In this document: positions 38,618-49,804 of the stretch, one piece after another
Layout: every line of letters starts with the position of its first letter
How positions within the stretch are numbered: the first letter of the stretch is position 1
Origin: Vicinamibacteria bacterium
GTDB taxonomy: Bacteria; Acidobacteriota; Vicinamibacteria; Marinacidobacterales; Marinacidobacteraceae
Assembly: GCA_964291235.2 (NCBI GenBank)
Contig: OZ219816.1
Location: forward strand, 1,376,001 to 1,440,000
DNA: 64,000 bases
Direction: 5' to 3'
Position numbers and translations under genes: made by a program
Notes under the pieces: model-generated
Databases searched by the model: none
What the model was told of the DNA's origin: nothing
The model's input: the letters and a program-made list of their open reading frames with translations, nothing else

Positions 38618-39571
38618 GTGGCGGAAACGACCTACCCGCTCGACCTGGAGGGGGCAGCGCTCCTCGACGGCTGGGAAGGCGCCGTAACCGGCGAAAACGA
38701 TTTCCTGGGTGCGGCGGAAACTCCGGACGGGAACGACGGGATTCGGCTCTGGTTCCGCTCGGATGCCGCCCGGCGGCGAGTGTTCGCCGAGTTCGCCCGC
38801 CTCGCCCGTTCCGCGGCGGCCGGAGCCGAAAGCGCCACGCGGGATCGAGGCAGCCTGCCGGGCGGAATCAGGTTCCGGAACGGGTCTCCCGAACCGCCGT
38901 GCGATTGGACGGCGCCCTACCGGGCGTTTTTTCGTGGGGTTCAGGCCGGAGGCTTTTTTGTCCACCCGCCGCACGTCCGGGCGCCGCCCGGGCTTCGCTC
39001 CCTCCTGACCACCCCGGGGCCCGCCTTCGGCACCGGCACCCATCCCACCACCCGGATGCTCCTTGAGTCCCTCGCCGACCTTCTCGGGTCTCGACGGTCC
39101 CGGACCCGGGTTCTCGACGTCGGGACCGGGTCGGGAATCCTCGCCGTCGCGGCAGCGCTTCTCGGTGCGCGACCCGTCGTCGGGCTCGACGTCGATCCCG
39201 TCGCGATTCGCTGCGCATTGGAAACGGCGGGCGCCAACCAGGCCGCCGACCGGATTGCCTTTCGCGAGGGGGACTACCGGGATCCGGAATTCGCGGGCGC
39301 ACTCGATACGGCGTGCCCCGCCGGGTTCGACGTGATTCTCGCCAATCTGTCCGCGGAGCTGCTCGCGGATTTTCCGGCGTTCGCCGGAGCCCGGCTACGG
39401 CCGGGCGGTCGAGTGCTCGTGTCGGGTTTTCTGCGTGAGGAGGCGGCGCGGATCCTGGGCGCCTTCCCCCGAGCGTGGGCGCGGACGGCGGAGATCCGGC
39501 TGGAACTCCCGGCCCGCGCGGAGTCCGAGGTCTGGGCCGCCGCCGCTCTCGAGCGCCGGCCTCCACGCTGA
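38618..39571 (+). CDS. prmA: Ribosomal protein L11 methyltransferase
   Basis: PGPAFGTGTHPTT, LDVGTGSGIL, DVDPVA, ILANL, VSGF. Confidence 0.93.
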   Translation: MAETTYPLDLEGAALLDGWEGAVTGENDFLGAAETPDGNDGIRLWFRSDAARRRVFAEFARLARSAAAGAESATRDRGSLPGGIRFRNGSPEPPCDWTAPYRAFFRGVQAGGFFVHPPHVRAPPGLRSLLTTPGPAFGTGTHPTTRMLLESLADLLGSRRSRTRVLDVGTGSGILAVAAALLGARPVVGLDVDPVAIRCALETAGANQAADRIAFREGDYRDPEFAGALDTACPAGFDVILANLSAELLADFPAFAGARLRPGGRVLVSGFLREEAARILGAFPRAWARTAEIRLELPARAESEVWAAAALERRPPR

Positions 39572-39573
39572 CC

Positions 39574-40294
39574 ATGGGGACTCCTCGCCGTTTTTTTCGC
39601 TCCCGAGGCGGGCAGCCGCTTCGACCTGCGGCTCGACGCTGCCGAATCGCACCGCCTGGTCCGTGTTCTTCGCCTGTCGGCCGGCGCCGCCATCGAGGTA
39701 TTCGACGGAAGCGGCAGCGCATTCGCAGCGCGTTTTCTGGGTGTGGACGACGACGGGCGCTGCCTCGTGGAGCGGGGAACGCCGCTCGCCGCCCGGGAGT
39801 CCGGAACCCGGCTCACCGTGGGCGTCGCCGTCCCCAAGGGGGATGGTCTGACGGCCATCGTCCGGCAACTTGCCGAGATCGGAGTGATCTCGATCGTGCC
39901 GTTGACCACCGAGCATTCGGAGGGGCGCTCCACGCCGGCCCGCCTCCTCCGCTGGCGGGCCGCCGCCCTGTCGGGAACCCGGCAATCCGGGCGGGCCGCG
40001 GTGCCGGAGGTCACGCCGCCGGCAGACTTCGGGGCCTGGGTGCGGGGCGGCCTGCCCGCGGATCGCTGGATCGCCTCGCCGGCGCGCTCGGCGGAGCCTG
40101 CTCGTTCCGCCCTCGGTTCGCCTCCGGGGGGCGAGCGGGTGCTTGCGATCGGACCCGAGGGCGGTTTTTCCGGCGCCGAACTCGACGATGCGTATCGCTG
40201 CGGCTTCCGGCGCCTCGACCTCGGGGAACGAATCCTGCGGACCGGAACCGCCGCGCTGGTTGCGGCCGCAACGCTGCTTCGCTCTCCCGACTGA
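39574..40294 (+). pseudogene. rsmE: 16S rRNA m3U1498 methyltransferase RsmE with an apparent +1 frameshift at the T7 run 39591-39597
   Basis: ATG 39574 gives MGTPRRFF. The RsmE body (HRLVRVLRL, IGPEGGFS, LGERILRTGTA) is in the next frame. Removing one T gives MGTPRRFFAPEAG... Probably intact in vivo. Confidence 0.88.
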
Positions 40295-40302
40295 CAACTT
40301 GA

Positions 40303-40487
40303 CAGCCGGTGGTGAAACCCGCGCGAGCGCAGTGACCGGTGAGGCCCAGTTCTCCCGGTGGGGCCAGTTCTCCCGGTGGGGGGGGCGAAGCGAAGTGCCC
40401 CGTCCTCCCGGTGGGGGCCAGCCGGGATGGATCGCCGGTCGAGCCCCCACCGGGAGACCCGGGCCGCGGGGGTTTTGCCACTGGCTG
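40303..40487. mobile_element. MITE-like element (185 bp) with terminal inverted repeats and a 4-bp target-site duplication
   Basis: Left end CAGCCGGTGGTGAAACCC versus right-end reverse complement CAGCCAGTGGCAAAACCC (15/18). TTGA flanks both sides (40299-40302, 40488-40491). Internal 18-bp tandem repeat x2 and a 14-bp perfect hairpin stem (40405-40418/40443-40456). Confidence 0.75.
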
Positions 40488-40624
40488 TTGAGCCGGATTC
40501 CGTTCGACGGGCGCGGCGCCGGCCAGCCTGGATCTCTCCTGCTCACGCCCCAGGCTGCCGCGCAGATCACGCCAACCTGTTGCTCGCGGTGAGCACGAGA
40601 GATCCGGGTTAGCATCGAGGTTCC

Positions 40625-41554
40625 ATGTTCCTGCTCGGGCAGCGGATCGGAAACTACGAGATCCAAAAGAGTGTCGGCCGCGGCACGTTCGGGGCCGTGT
40701 ATCTCGTCCGGGATGTTTTTCTGGACCAACTCCGGGCCGTCAAGGTTCCACACGATCAGAGCGCGACAGGCCGCCAGGCGATACTCAAGGAATCGCGCCT
40801 GCTCGCCGCCCTCGAGCATCCGAACATCGTGCGGCTGCTCGCCTGCGGCGAGCACGAGGACACTCTCTTCGTCGTCATGGAGTGGGTGGAGGGGGCGTCG
40901 CTCGCGCGCCGCCTGGACGAGGAGGGGACGCTTTCGCCGACGGTCTCGATGCGGATCGCCCGCCACGTGCTGGCCGGACTCGCCCATGCTCACGACCGCA
41001 AGGTGCTTCACGGCGACATCAGCGCCGACAACATCCTGCTCGCCGGCCAAATGGCCAAGATCACGGACTTCGGGATGGCTCGCACCGTCCATGTCGCGGA
41101 GCACGGCGCCCGCCAGATCGGCAATCCCTACTACCTCGCCCCCGAGCAGTTCCGGGCCGAAGCGGTCTTCGCCTCCGACGTCTATGGAGTCGGCGTGGTG
41201 CTGTTTCAGATGCTCACGGGAGTTCTTCCGTACCAGGATCCCGATCCGAACAGGCAGCGGGCTCTGGTCGAGGCCGGCGGCAACGAACATCCCAGAAAAC
41301 ACAACCCGGCCGTCTCGCCGGACCTTGACGCGGTGGTGGCGAAAGCGCTCGCGCCGCGCGTTTCGGAGCGCTACGCCAGCGCGGAAAGCGTCCTCAGCGA
41401 CGTCCGGGAACTCGCGTCGTTCGGCCCCCTTCCCGAAGAGCGAAATGCGATTCTTGACCGGATCCGCAAGGCTGGACACCGGCCAGGAAACTGCTGGAAC
41501 TGCGGCCGCGCCCGACATCCGGACGCCGCTCACTGCGCCCATTGCGGAGCCTGA
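40625..41554 (+). CDS. Soluble Hanks-type Ser/Thr protein kinase with a C-terminal Zn-ribbon
   Basis: GRGTFGAV, AVK, HPNIV, HGDISADN, DFG, YLAPE, DVYGVG; C-terminal CWNC...CAHC. Confidence 0.93.
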   Translation: MFLLGQRIGNYEIQKSVGRGTFGAVYLVRDVFLDQLRAVKVPHDQSATGRQAILKESRLLAALEHPNIVRLLACGEHEDTLFVVMEWVEGASLARRLDEEGTLSPTVSMRIARHVLAGLAHAHDRKVLHGDISADNILLAGQMAKITDFGMARTVHVAEHGARQIGNPYYLAPEQFRAEAVFASDVYGVGVVLFQMLTGVLPYQDPDPNRQRALVEAGGNEHPRKHNPAVSPDLDAVVAKALAPRVSERYASAESVLSDVRELASFGPLPEERNAILDRIRKAGHRPGNCWNCGRARHPDAAHCAHCGA

Positions 41555-41621
41555 ATTCGGGTCGGTGCGAGGCCCGCCCGAGGGGCCGAAAACGACCCGC
41601 CTTCGCGTTACTCTCCCCTCC

Positions 41622-42175
41622 ATGCCCCGAGCCGCCAGCCAGTCCGCGCGTGGCCCCACCACGCCGTGGGGCGTTGCGATCTCCCTGCTCGCGCGGCGGG
41701 ATCTGAGCGAGGGGGAAGTGCGGACCCGGTTGCTCGCGCGGGACTTCGCCGAAACGGACGTGGAAGAGACGATCTCCCGGCTCCGGAAACGCCGCTATCT
41801 GGACGACCGTGGCTTGGCCGCAGCGGTCGCGCGCACCCAGGCGCGGACGAAACACCAGGGCCCGCTCAAGGTCCGGGCCCACCTGCGGCGCCGCCAGATC
41901 CCGGAGGATCTCGCCGTCGAGGCCACCCGAGCAGAATTCCCGGAGGGTGTTGAAGGCGAGCGCGCCGTCATCGCGCTCCGGCGGTTGGAACCCTCCGCCG
42001 CCGGGCTCCCGGGGCGTCGGGAGCGCGATGCAGCACGGGATCCCGCCAACCGGAAAGCGGCCGGCCGCCTTTTCCGGCGTCTGGTGGCCCGGGGATACTC
42101 GTGGGAAGCGGCCCGCCACGCGGTGCTGTCCGGCGGCGGAGCTCTCGAAGAAGAGAACGACCGGGGTCCGGAGTC

Positions 42176-42179
<4 letters not shown>
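41622..42179 (+). CDS. recX: Regulatory protein RecX
   Basis: LLARRDLSEGEVRTRL, YLDDRGLA, GPLKVRAHL, LVARGYS; directly upstream of alaS. Confidence 0.88.
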
Positions 42180-44854
<2,675 letters not shown>

Positions 44855-44889
44855 CGGAAGTCACGGAGCCGCCTCCCGGCGATTCGGCG

Positions 44890-45633
44890 TCAGAAGATCC
44901 GGCGGCGCGGGGCCTTCGTTGTCTCTGCGGGCGTTGTCTCTTCGGGGGTTTCCTCGATCCCCAACCGGTTTCGCATGAACCAGACCACTCCATAGACGAG
45001 TGGCGTGTCCACGAGGGCGACGAACCACTTGAACACCACTCCGTTGGCAATCAGGATCGGGAGACGCTCGACGGTGATCTCCTCGGCCCCCAGCGCCGCG
45101 AGAACGCAGTTCACCAGGACGGTGTCCACGAGCTGGGAAGTGAACGTCGAGGCGTTGTTGCGGAGCCAGAGGTGGCGTCCGCCGGTTCGGCGTTTCCAGT
45201 AGTGGAACAGGCGAACATCCAGGTACTGGGCTCCCAGATAGGCGCACATCGAGGCCGTGACCGCGACCGACTGAATGCCGAACACCAGGTCGAACGTCGT
45301 GTCATCCACCGCGCTCCAGTCCGCGGCCGGCACCGCACCCGAAACGGCCACCAGCACCACCACGAAGATGCTCGCGAAAAACCCCGCGGTCACCAATTGG
45401 CTCACCCGGCGGCGGCCGTAGAACTCGGACAGGACATCGGTGCAGATGAAGGTGACCGGATAGGCCAGGATCCCGACCGAAAGCTCCATCTGCGGTTTCA
45501 GCCCGAGCAGTCCAAGAGCCGGAATTTCCCAGACGAAGAACTTGCGGAAAATCAGATTGCAGGCGATCAGCGCCGCGATGAACACCGCGGCGAGGGTCAA
45601 AAACGCCTGCTCCCGGACGCGCGGGTTCTCCAC
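44890..45633 (-). CDS. Queuosine precursor transporter (YhhQ/VUT family)
   Basis: YPVTFICTDVLSEFYG, ASMCAYLGAQYLDV, LWLRNNASTFTSQLVDT, DTP. Confidence 0.92.
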   Translation of the reverse strand: MENPRVREQAFLTLAAVFIAALIACNLIFRKFFVWEIPALGLLGLKPQMELSVGILAYPVTFICTDVLSEFYGRRRVSQLVTAGFFASIFVVVLVAVSGAVPAADWSAVDDTTFDLVFGIQSVAVTASMCAYLGAQYLDVRLFHYWKRRTGGRHLWLRNNASTFTSQLVDTVLVNCVLAALGAEEITVERLPILIANGVVFKWFVALVDTPLVYGVVWFMRNRLGIEETPEETTPAETTKAPRRRIF

Positions 45634-45639
45634 CAGTCG

Positions 45640-46527
45640 TTAACCGTCTGATCCGGACGCCGGCGCCACCCGCAGCAGCCCGCCATAGGTGTCAACCCGC
45701 CGGTCCCGAAAGAACTGGAGCAATTCCCGCAGTTCCCGGTTCTTCCGGAAGTCGAGGTCCGCAAAGACGACCTCCGATTCCCTGCCCGCCCGCGCCAGCA
45801 CCTCACCGAATGGGTCGCACACGAAGCTCCCCCCGTAGTAGGTCATGGGACCCTCGACCCCGACACGGTTGGGTGCCCCGATGAACACTCCGTTCGCGAT
45901 GGCGTGGCCGCGCATGACGGTCCGCCAGGCCTCTTCCGACGAGTACTCCGGACGATCCGGCTCGCTGCCTATGGCGGTCGGGAAGAGCAACAGATCGGCG
46001 CCCCCGAGAGCGAGCAGCCGGGCGGTCTCCGGAAACCACGAATCCCAGCAGACTCCCACCCCGATCCGGCCGTACGCAGTCTCCCAGACGGGATAACCGC
46101 CGTCTCCCGGAGTGAAGTAGTACTTCTCGTGGTACCCCGGTCCGTCTGGAATGTGGTTCTTGCGGTAGGCCCCGAGTTGCTTTCCGTCGGCGTCGTACAG
46201 CACCGCGGTGTTGAAGAGCACGCCGGGCGCGGCCTCTTCGAAGACTGGCGCCACCAGCACGACACCAGCCTCCGCCGCCAGCCGGCCCAGTTCCTGAACC
46301 CTCGGCGAGGGTTGCCGCTCGGCGTGCCGCCACGCCTCCACCGCTACCTGGCGCGGAAAGTACGGCAGGTCGTACAGCTCCGGCAGGCAAACGACCTGCG
46401 CTCCGCCGGCCGCCGCCGCGCGTACGGCGGCCATCGCTCCCTGGTGCGCGGCATCGCGGTCGGGTTCGATCGCCCGCTGGATCAGGGCCAGACGGAGCTG
46501 GCCGGCCGGTTTGCGATGGGGAGGCAT
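45640..46527 (-). CDS. Carbon-nitrogen hydrolase, N-carbamoylputrescine amidase (AguB)-like
   Basis: Triad motifs LPELY, YRKNHIPDGPGYHEKYYFTPG and VCWD; PTAIGSEP; GHAIAN. Confidence 0.9.
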   Translation of the reverse strand: MPPHRKPAGQLRLALIQRAIEPDRDAAHQGAMAAVRAAAAGGAQVVCLPELYDLPYFPRQVAVEAWRHAERQPSPRVQELGRLAAEAGVVLVAPVFEEAAPGVLFNTAVLYDADGKQLGAYRKNHIPDGPGYHEKYYFTPGDGGYPVWETAYGRIGVGVCWDSWFPETARLLALGGADLLLFPTAIGSEPDRPEYSSEEAWRTVMRGHAIANGVFIGAPNRVGVEGPMTYYGGSFVCDPFGEVLARAGRESEVVFADLDFRKNRELRELLQFFRDRRVDTYGGLLRVAPASGSDG

Positions 46528-46596
46528 CCGCTAATTCTGCCGCGACCGGCGCCCGTGCGGCGACCGCAGCCCACGATCTGACACGACAGGCTCCGT

Positions 46597-47976
46597 TCAG
46601 CCAGCCAGCAGACCGAGAAACACGAAACCCAGGAAGGCCGCGGCGGCGCCGAGGAGCGCGTACGGCAGCTGGGTGCTGACGTGTTCCATGATGGAGCAGC
46701 CGGCGCTTCTGGCCGCGAGCACCGTGGCGTCACCGTAAAAGCAGGCGTGGGAGCCGAACGCGCCCGCGGACACCAGAGCCCCCAGGGTAAGCGGCAGCGG
46801 CGCTCCCAGTTCGGCAGCAAGCCCTACGACGACCGGCATGCTGACGGTGTACGCCCCCCAGAACGATCCGGTGGCGAACGCGACTCCGGACAGGGTCACG
46901 AAAACCAGCGCCGGGAGCATCCAGGCGCTGGCCACCGGCTGCACGCTGCCGATCACGAACTCGGTCAGCCCCAGGGCGGCGTTGACGTCACGCAGTACGA
47001 AGGAAACGAGGACGATCCCGAGCGGATAGACCATCTTTTCCATCCCGAGAAAGGCGCCGTCGGCGACGGGCCCCAGACCACTCGACGGCCGCACCGCCGC
47101 GGCCAGCAGCAGCGCCACGCCGAGGGCGGCCACTACCCCGAGGAGCGCGTCGCCGCCAAGAGCCAGAGTCGCCGCCGGCAGGGTCAGGATCGGCAGGAGG
47201 AACGCGGGCGCCCGGAGCCCCGGCCGCGCCGGCGGATCCGCGGTCGCCGGTTCCAGACTCTCGTCGAGTGCGGCCGCCGCCGGAGCCGTTCCGGCACGGA
47301 GCGCCCGCTCGGCCCGCGCCATCGGTCCCAGATCGCGGACCGCCCCCAGGATGACCGCCAGCACCAACAGGATGGCGAACCACGGATACAGGAGATAGGG
47401 GAGCAGCTCGATATAGAGGCCGATGCCGCCGCCCGCGTCCGCGAGCCCGTTCTGCTCGAACAGGCCGGAGATGAAGACCGTCCAGGTCGAGGCGGGAACC
47501 AGCACGCAGATCGGCGCCGCCGTGCTGTCCACCACGTAGGCGAGGCGGGCCCGCGAGATGCCGATCCGGTCCGCGGCTCCCCGAAACGCCGCACCTACGG
47601 CCAGGGCGTTCAGGTAGTCGTCCACGAACGTGACGATTCCCAGTCCGAAAGCGCCCAGCAGGACCCCCCGGCGGGTGCGCAGCCGGCGGGAGAGCGCCTC
47701 TCCGAAGGCTCTCGAGCCTCCGACCCGGGCGAGGATCCCGATGAGCGCTCCGAAGAGCATGACGACCAGGACTACCCAGACGCTTGTTGGTTCGGCCATC
47801 ACCGACTGGGCGTTTCGGAGAAAAGCCGCCAGAAAACCTCCCCCGGACAACATCAGGTGACCCAGCAGGGAGCCGAAGATCAGCGCCTCAAGAGGCCGGC
47901 GACTCCAGACGGCGAGTCCCAGGACGGCGAGGCTGGGGATCAGGCTGAGGACGCCCCAACCGCCGACGTCGCTCAC
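46597..47976 (-). CDS. Na+/H+ antiporter NhaC-family membrane transporter
   Basis: FVDDYLNALAVG, LAYVVDSTAAP, FATGSFWG, GAFGSH, HVSTQLPY. Confidence 0.88.
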   Translation of the reverse strand: MSDVGGWGVLSLIPSLAVLGLAVWSRRPLEALIFGSLLGHLMLSGGGFLAAFLRNAQSVMAEPTSVWVVLVVMLFGALIGILARVGGSRAFGEALSRRLRTRRGVLLGAFGLGIVTFVDDYLNALAVGAAFRGAADRIGISRARLAYVVDSTAAPICVLVPASTWTVFISGLFEQNGLADAGGGIGLYIELLPYLLYPWFAILLVLAVILGAVRDLGPMARAERALRAGTAPAAAALDESLEPATADPPARPGLRAPAFLLPILTLPAATLALGGDALLGVVAALGVALLLAAAVRPSSGLGPVADGAFLGMEKMVYPLGIVLVSFVLRDVNAALGLTEFVIGSVQPVASAWMLPALVFVTLSGVAFATGSFWGAYTVSMPVVVGLAAELGAPLPLTLGALVSAGAFGSHACFYGDATVLAARSAGCSIMEHVSTQLPYALLGAAAAFLGFVFLGLLAG

Positions 47977-48058
47977 CGGCGTGGAGTTCCAGGGCGGATG
48001 GGCGAGGAACTCACGGCCGCCGGCCGGACGCCTGCGCCGTGCACACCGCTCTCCTCAC

Positions 48059-49372
48059 TCAGTCAGGTGCAGCGCCCGGTTCGCGAACCGTCCGGCGTGG
48101 TTCCTGCTGGAGGATGCAGTGGATCCCGCCGCCCCCGAGATTCACCGCCATCGCGTCCAGCGGAAGCACTTCGCGGCCGGGAAACACCTCGCGCAGGATC
48201 GCGAGCGCCCGCTCGTCCTTGGCGCGGAGGCTCTCGGGAAGGCCCGGCTTCCAGTACTTCTGGGCCAGAACGAGACCGTTGGTCACCTGGAAATTGAGAT
48301 AGCTCGCGGCCGCGATGACGCGGATCTCGTCGTCGGGCCCGATCCGGGATCCATCTTCGTATTCGAGGGGCTGGATGTAGTCGAAGACCCCGTCTCCCTT
48401 GCTCATGGTTTCGAACAGGGAATCAGGCACGGGCACCCGCACGATGCGGAACGGATTCCCCTCCTGATCGGTAGCGGCCTGCAATCGCCGCAAGCTCTCC
48501 TCCAGACGCTCGTGGCTGATCGCGGCGATCGGGTCCGTTCGGCGTTCTTCCTCGGTGATCTCGGCGAGGAGAATGGTCTGGGGATCCGCGAAGCGGGCGA
48601 ACTCGTCCACGTGTCCCCCGGTGGTAATCACCGTGTACACGTCTCCCGGCAGCCTCCCGCGGAACGTCAGTTCGTCCTCCGCCATCCCTTCGGCCAGCCA
48701 GAGAATCTTGGAAACCCCCAGGATCCGCCGAAACTCCTCGTCCATGGCTTCCAGCGTCCATCCGGGGTTTCGCTGAAGCTCCACCGCCTCCACCGCGATC
48801 ATCACTCCCTTGCCGTTGAACTCGCGGGAGCCGCCCTCGCTGATGAGAGTGGACTTTTCCACCTCCAGGTCGAGAATTCCCGCGATGTGCCGGTCAACCG
48901 CTTCCTCCAGTCGGGAGTTCGCGCTGTCGGGCGGTTCGTAACCCCACATGTTGAAGCCGAAGTCGGCAATCCGGAGTCCGCCCCGATCGCCGCGCAGAAA
49001 AATGGGACCCATGTCCCGCATCCAGACATCACCGTGCGGCACTTCGTGAATCGTCACGTGACCGTCCGGAATCCCCTCCCGAGCGAAGCGTTCGCGAATG
49101 GCCCTCGCTTCCGCGCCGTCCTGAGCCAGCAGTTCGATCGCGACCCTTCCCTCGGCGGCCCGAACGATCTCGATCAACAACGGCTCCGTCGGTAGTCCAC
49201 GCTTGTTCTCGTACGTCGGCCACGCCATCCACAGCGCCCGGTGCGGTTCGAACTCCGCGGGAAAGACAAACGACTCCGTGGAGGAGGCCGCTTCCGGGCT
49301 CCGGGTCTGTTCCACCGCGCAGGAAGCGAGCGCGACGAGGAAGAGAACCGCCAGCCGGCTCCCCCTTCTCAT
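48059..49372 (-). CDS. Agmatine deiminase / Porphyromonas-type peptidylarginine deiminase family protein with a lipoprotein signal
   Basis: FPAEFEPH...WP, DVWMRDMGP, SEGG, GHVD, SYLNF, GGGGIHCILQQEP; N-terminus MRRGSRLAVLFLVALASC. Confidence 0.92.
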   Translation of the reverse strand: MRRGSRLAVLFLVALASCAVEQTRSPEAASSTESFVFPAEFEPHRALWMAWPTYENKRGLPTEPLLIEIVRAAEGRVAIELLAQDGAEARAIRERFAREGIPDGHVTIHEVPHGDVWMRDMGPIFLRGDRGGLRIADFGFNMWGYEPPDSANSRLEEAVDRHIAGILDLEVEKSTLISEGGSREFNGKGVMIAVEAVELQRNPGWTLEAMDEEFRRILGVSKILWLAEGMAEDELTFRGRLPGDVYTVITTGGHVDEFARFADPQTILLAEITEEERRTDPIAAISHERLEESLRRLQAATDQEGNPFRIVRVPVPDSLFETMSKGDGVFDYIQPLEYEDGSRIGPDDEIRVIAAASYLNFQVTNGLVLAQKYWKPGLPESLRAKDERALAILREVFPGREVLPLDAMAVNLGGGGIHCILQQEPRRTVREPGAAPD

Positions 49373-49495
49373 GCCGCCCGAACACCGCACGGCCCCGACT
49401 ATACTCGGCGCTTCCCGGGATTCGCTGCCGGCGGCAACGACCCGTGGGTGACCATGTGCGGCAGGCCAAATGAGCGGCCCGACTGAGCAGCCCCG

Positions 49496-49804
49496 ATGAG
49501 CACCGACGAATTCGCGCAACTTGCCGCGCTGGCCCGGCTCGCGCCTCCAGACGGCGAGGCCCGGACGAGAACCTTCGCGGCGGCCCGGAAGGTGCTCGGG
49601 ACGTACACGCTACAGGTTGTCGAGACCGCAAGAACCGGCGAGGGACGTTCGCCGCAGGATTCTTCGAGTGAGGAGTCGCCGTGCCCGCTCCGCGCGGACG
49701 AACCGCGAAACGGCTTCCCGGAAGAGACCGCCCTCGAACTCGCCCCGGAGCGCGGCGAACGTCTTGTCCAGGTTCCCCAAGTGCTCGGGGGCGGGGCCGC
49801 GTGA
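49496..49804 (+). CDS. gatC: Asp/Glu-tRNA amidotransferase subunit C (divergent)
   Basis: LAALARL, PLRADEP, ALELAPER, VPQVL; overlaps the gatA start. Confidence 0.78.
   Translation: MSTDEFAQLAALARLAPPDGEARTRTFAAARKVLGTYTLQVVETARTGEGRSPQDSSSEESPCPLRADEPRNGFPEETALELAPERGERLVQVPQVLGGGAA

Noticed and set aside
38618-40294. prmA-rsmE readthrough fusion (same frame, single TGA between them)
   Set aside because: The RsmE-like N-terminus MGTPRRFF lies in the other frame; a single-base error in the T7 run is simpler.
40345-40456. Possible mini-CRISPR array from the repeated CTCCCGGTGGGG motif
   Set aside because: Two copies are directly adjacent with no spacer, one is inverted, and no cas genes are present. 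It fits the interior of a MITE better.
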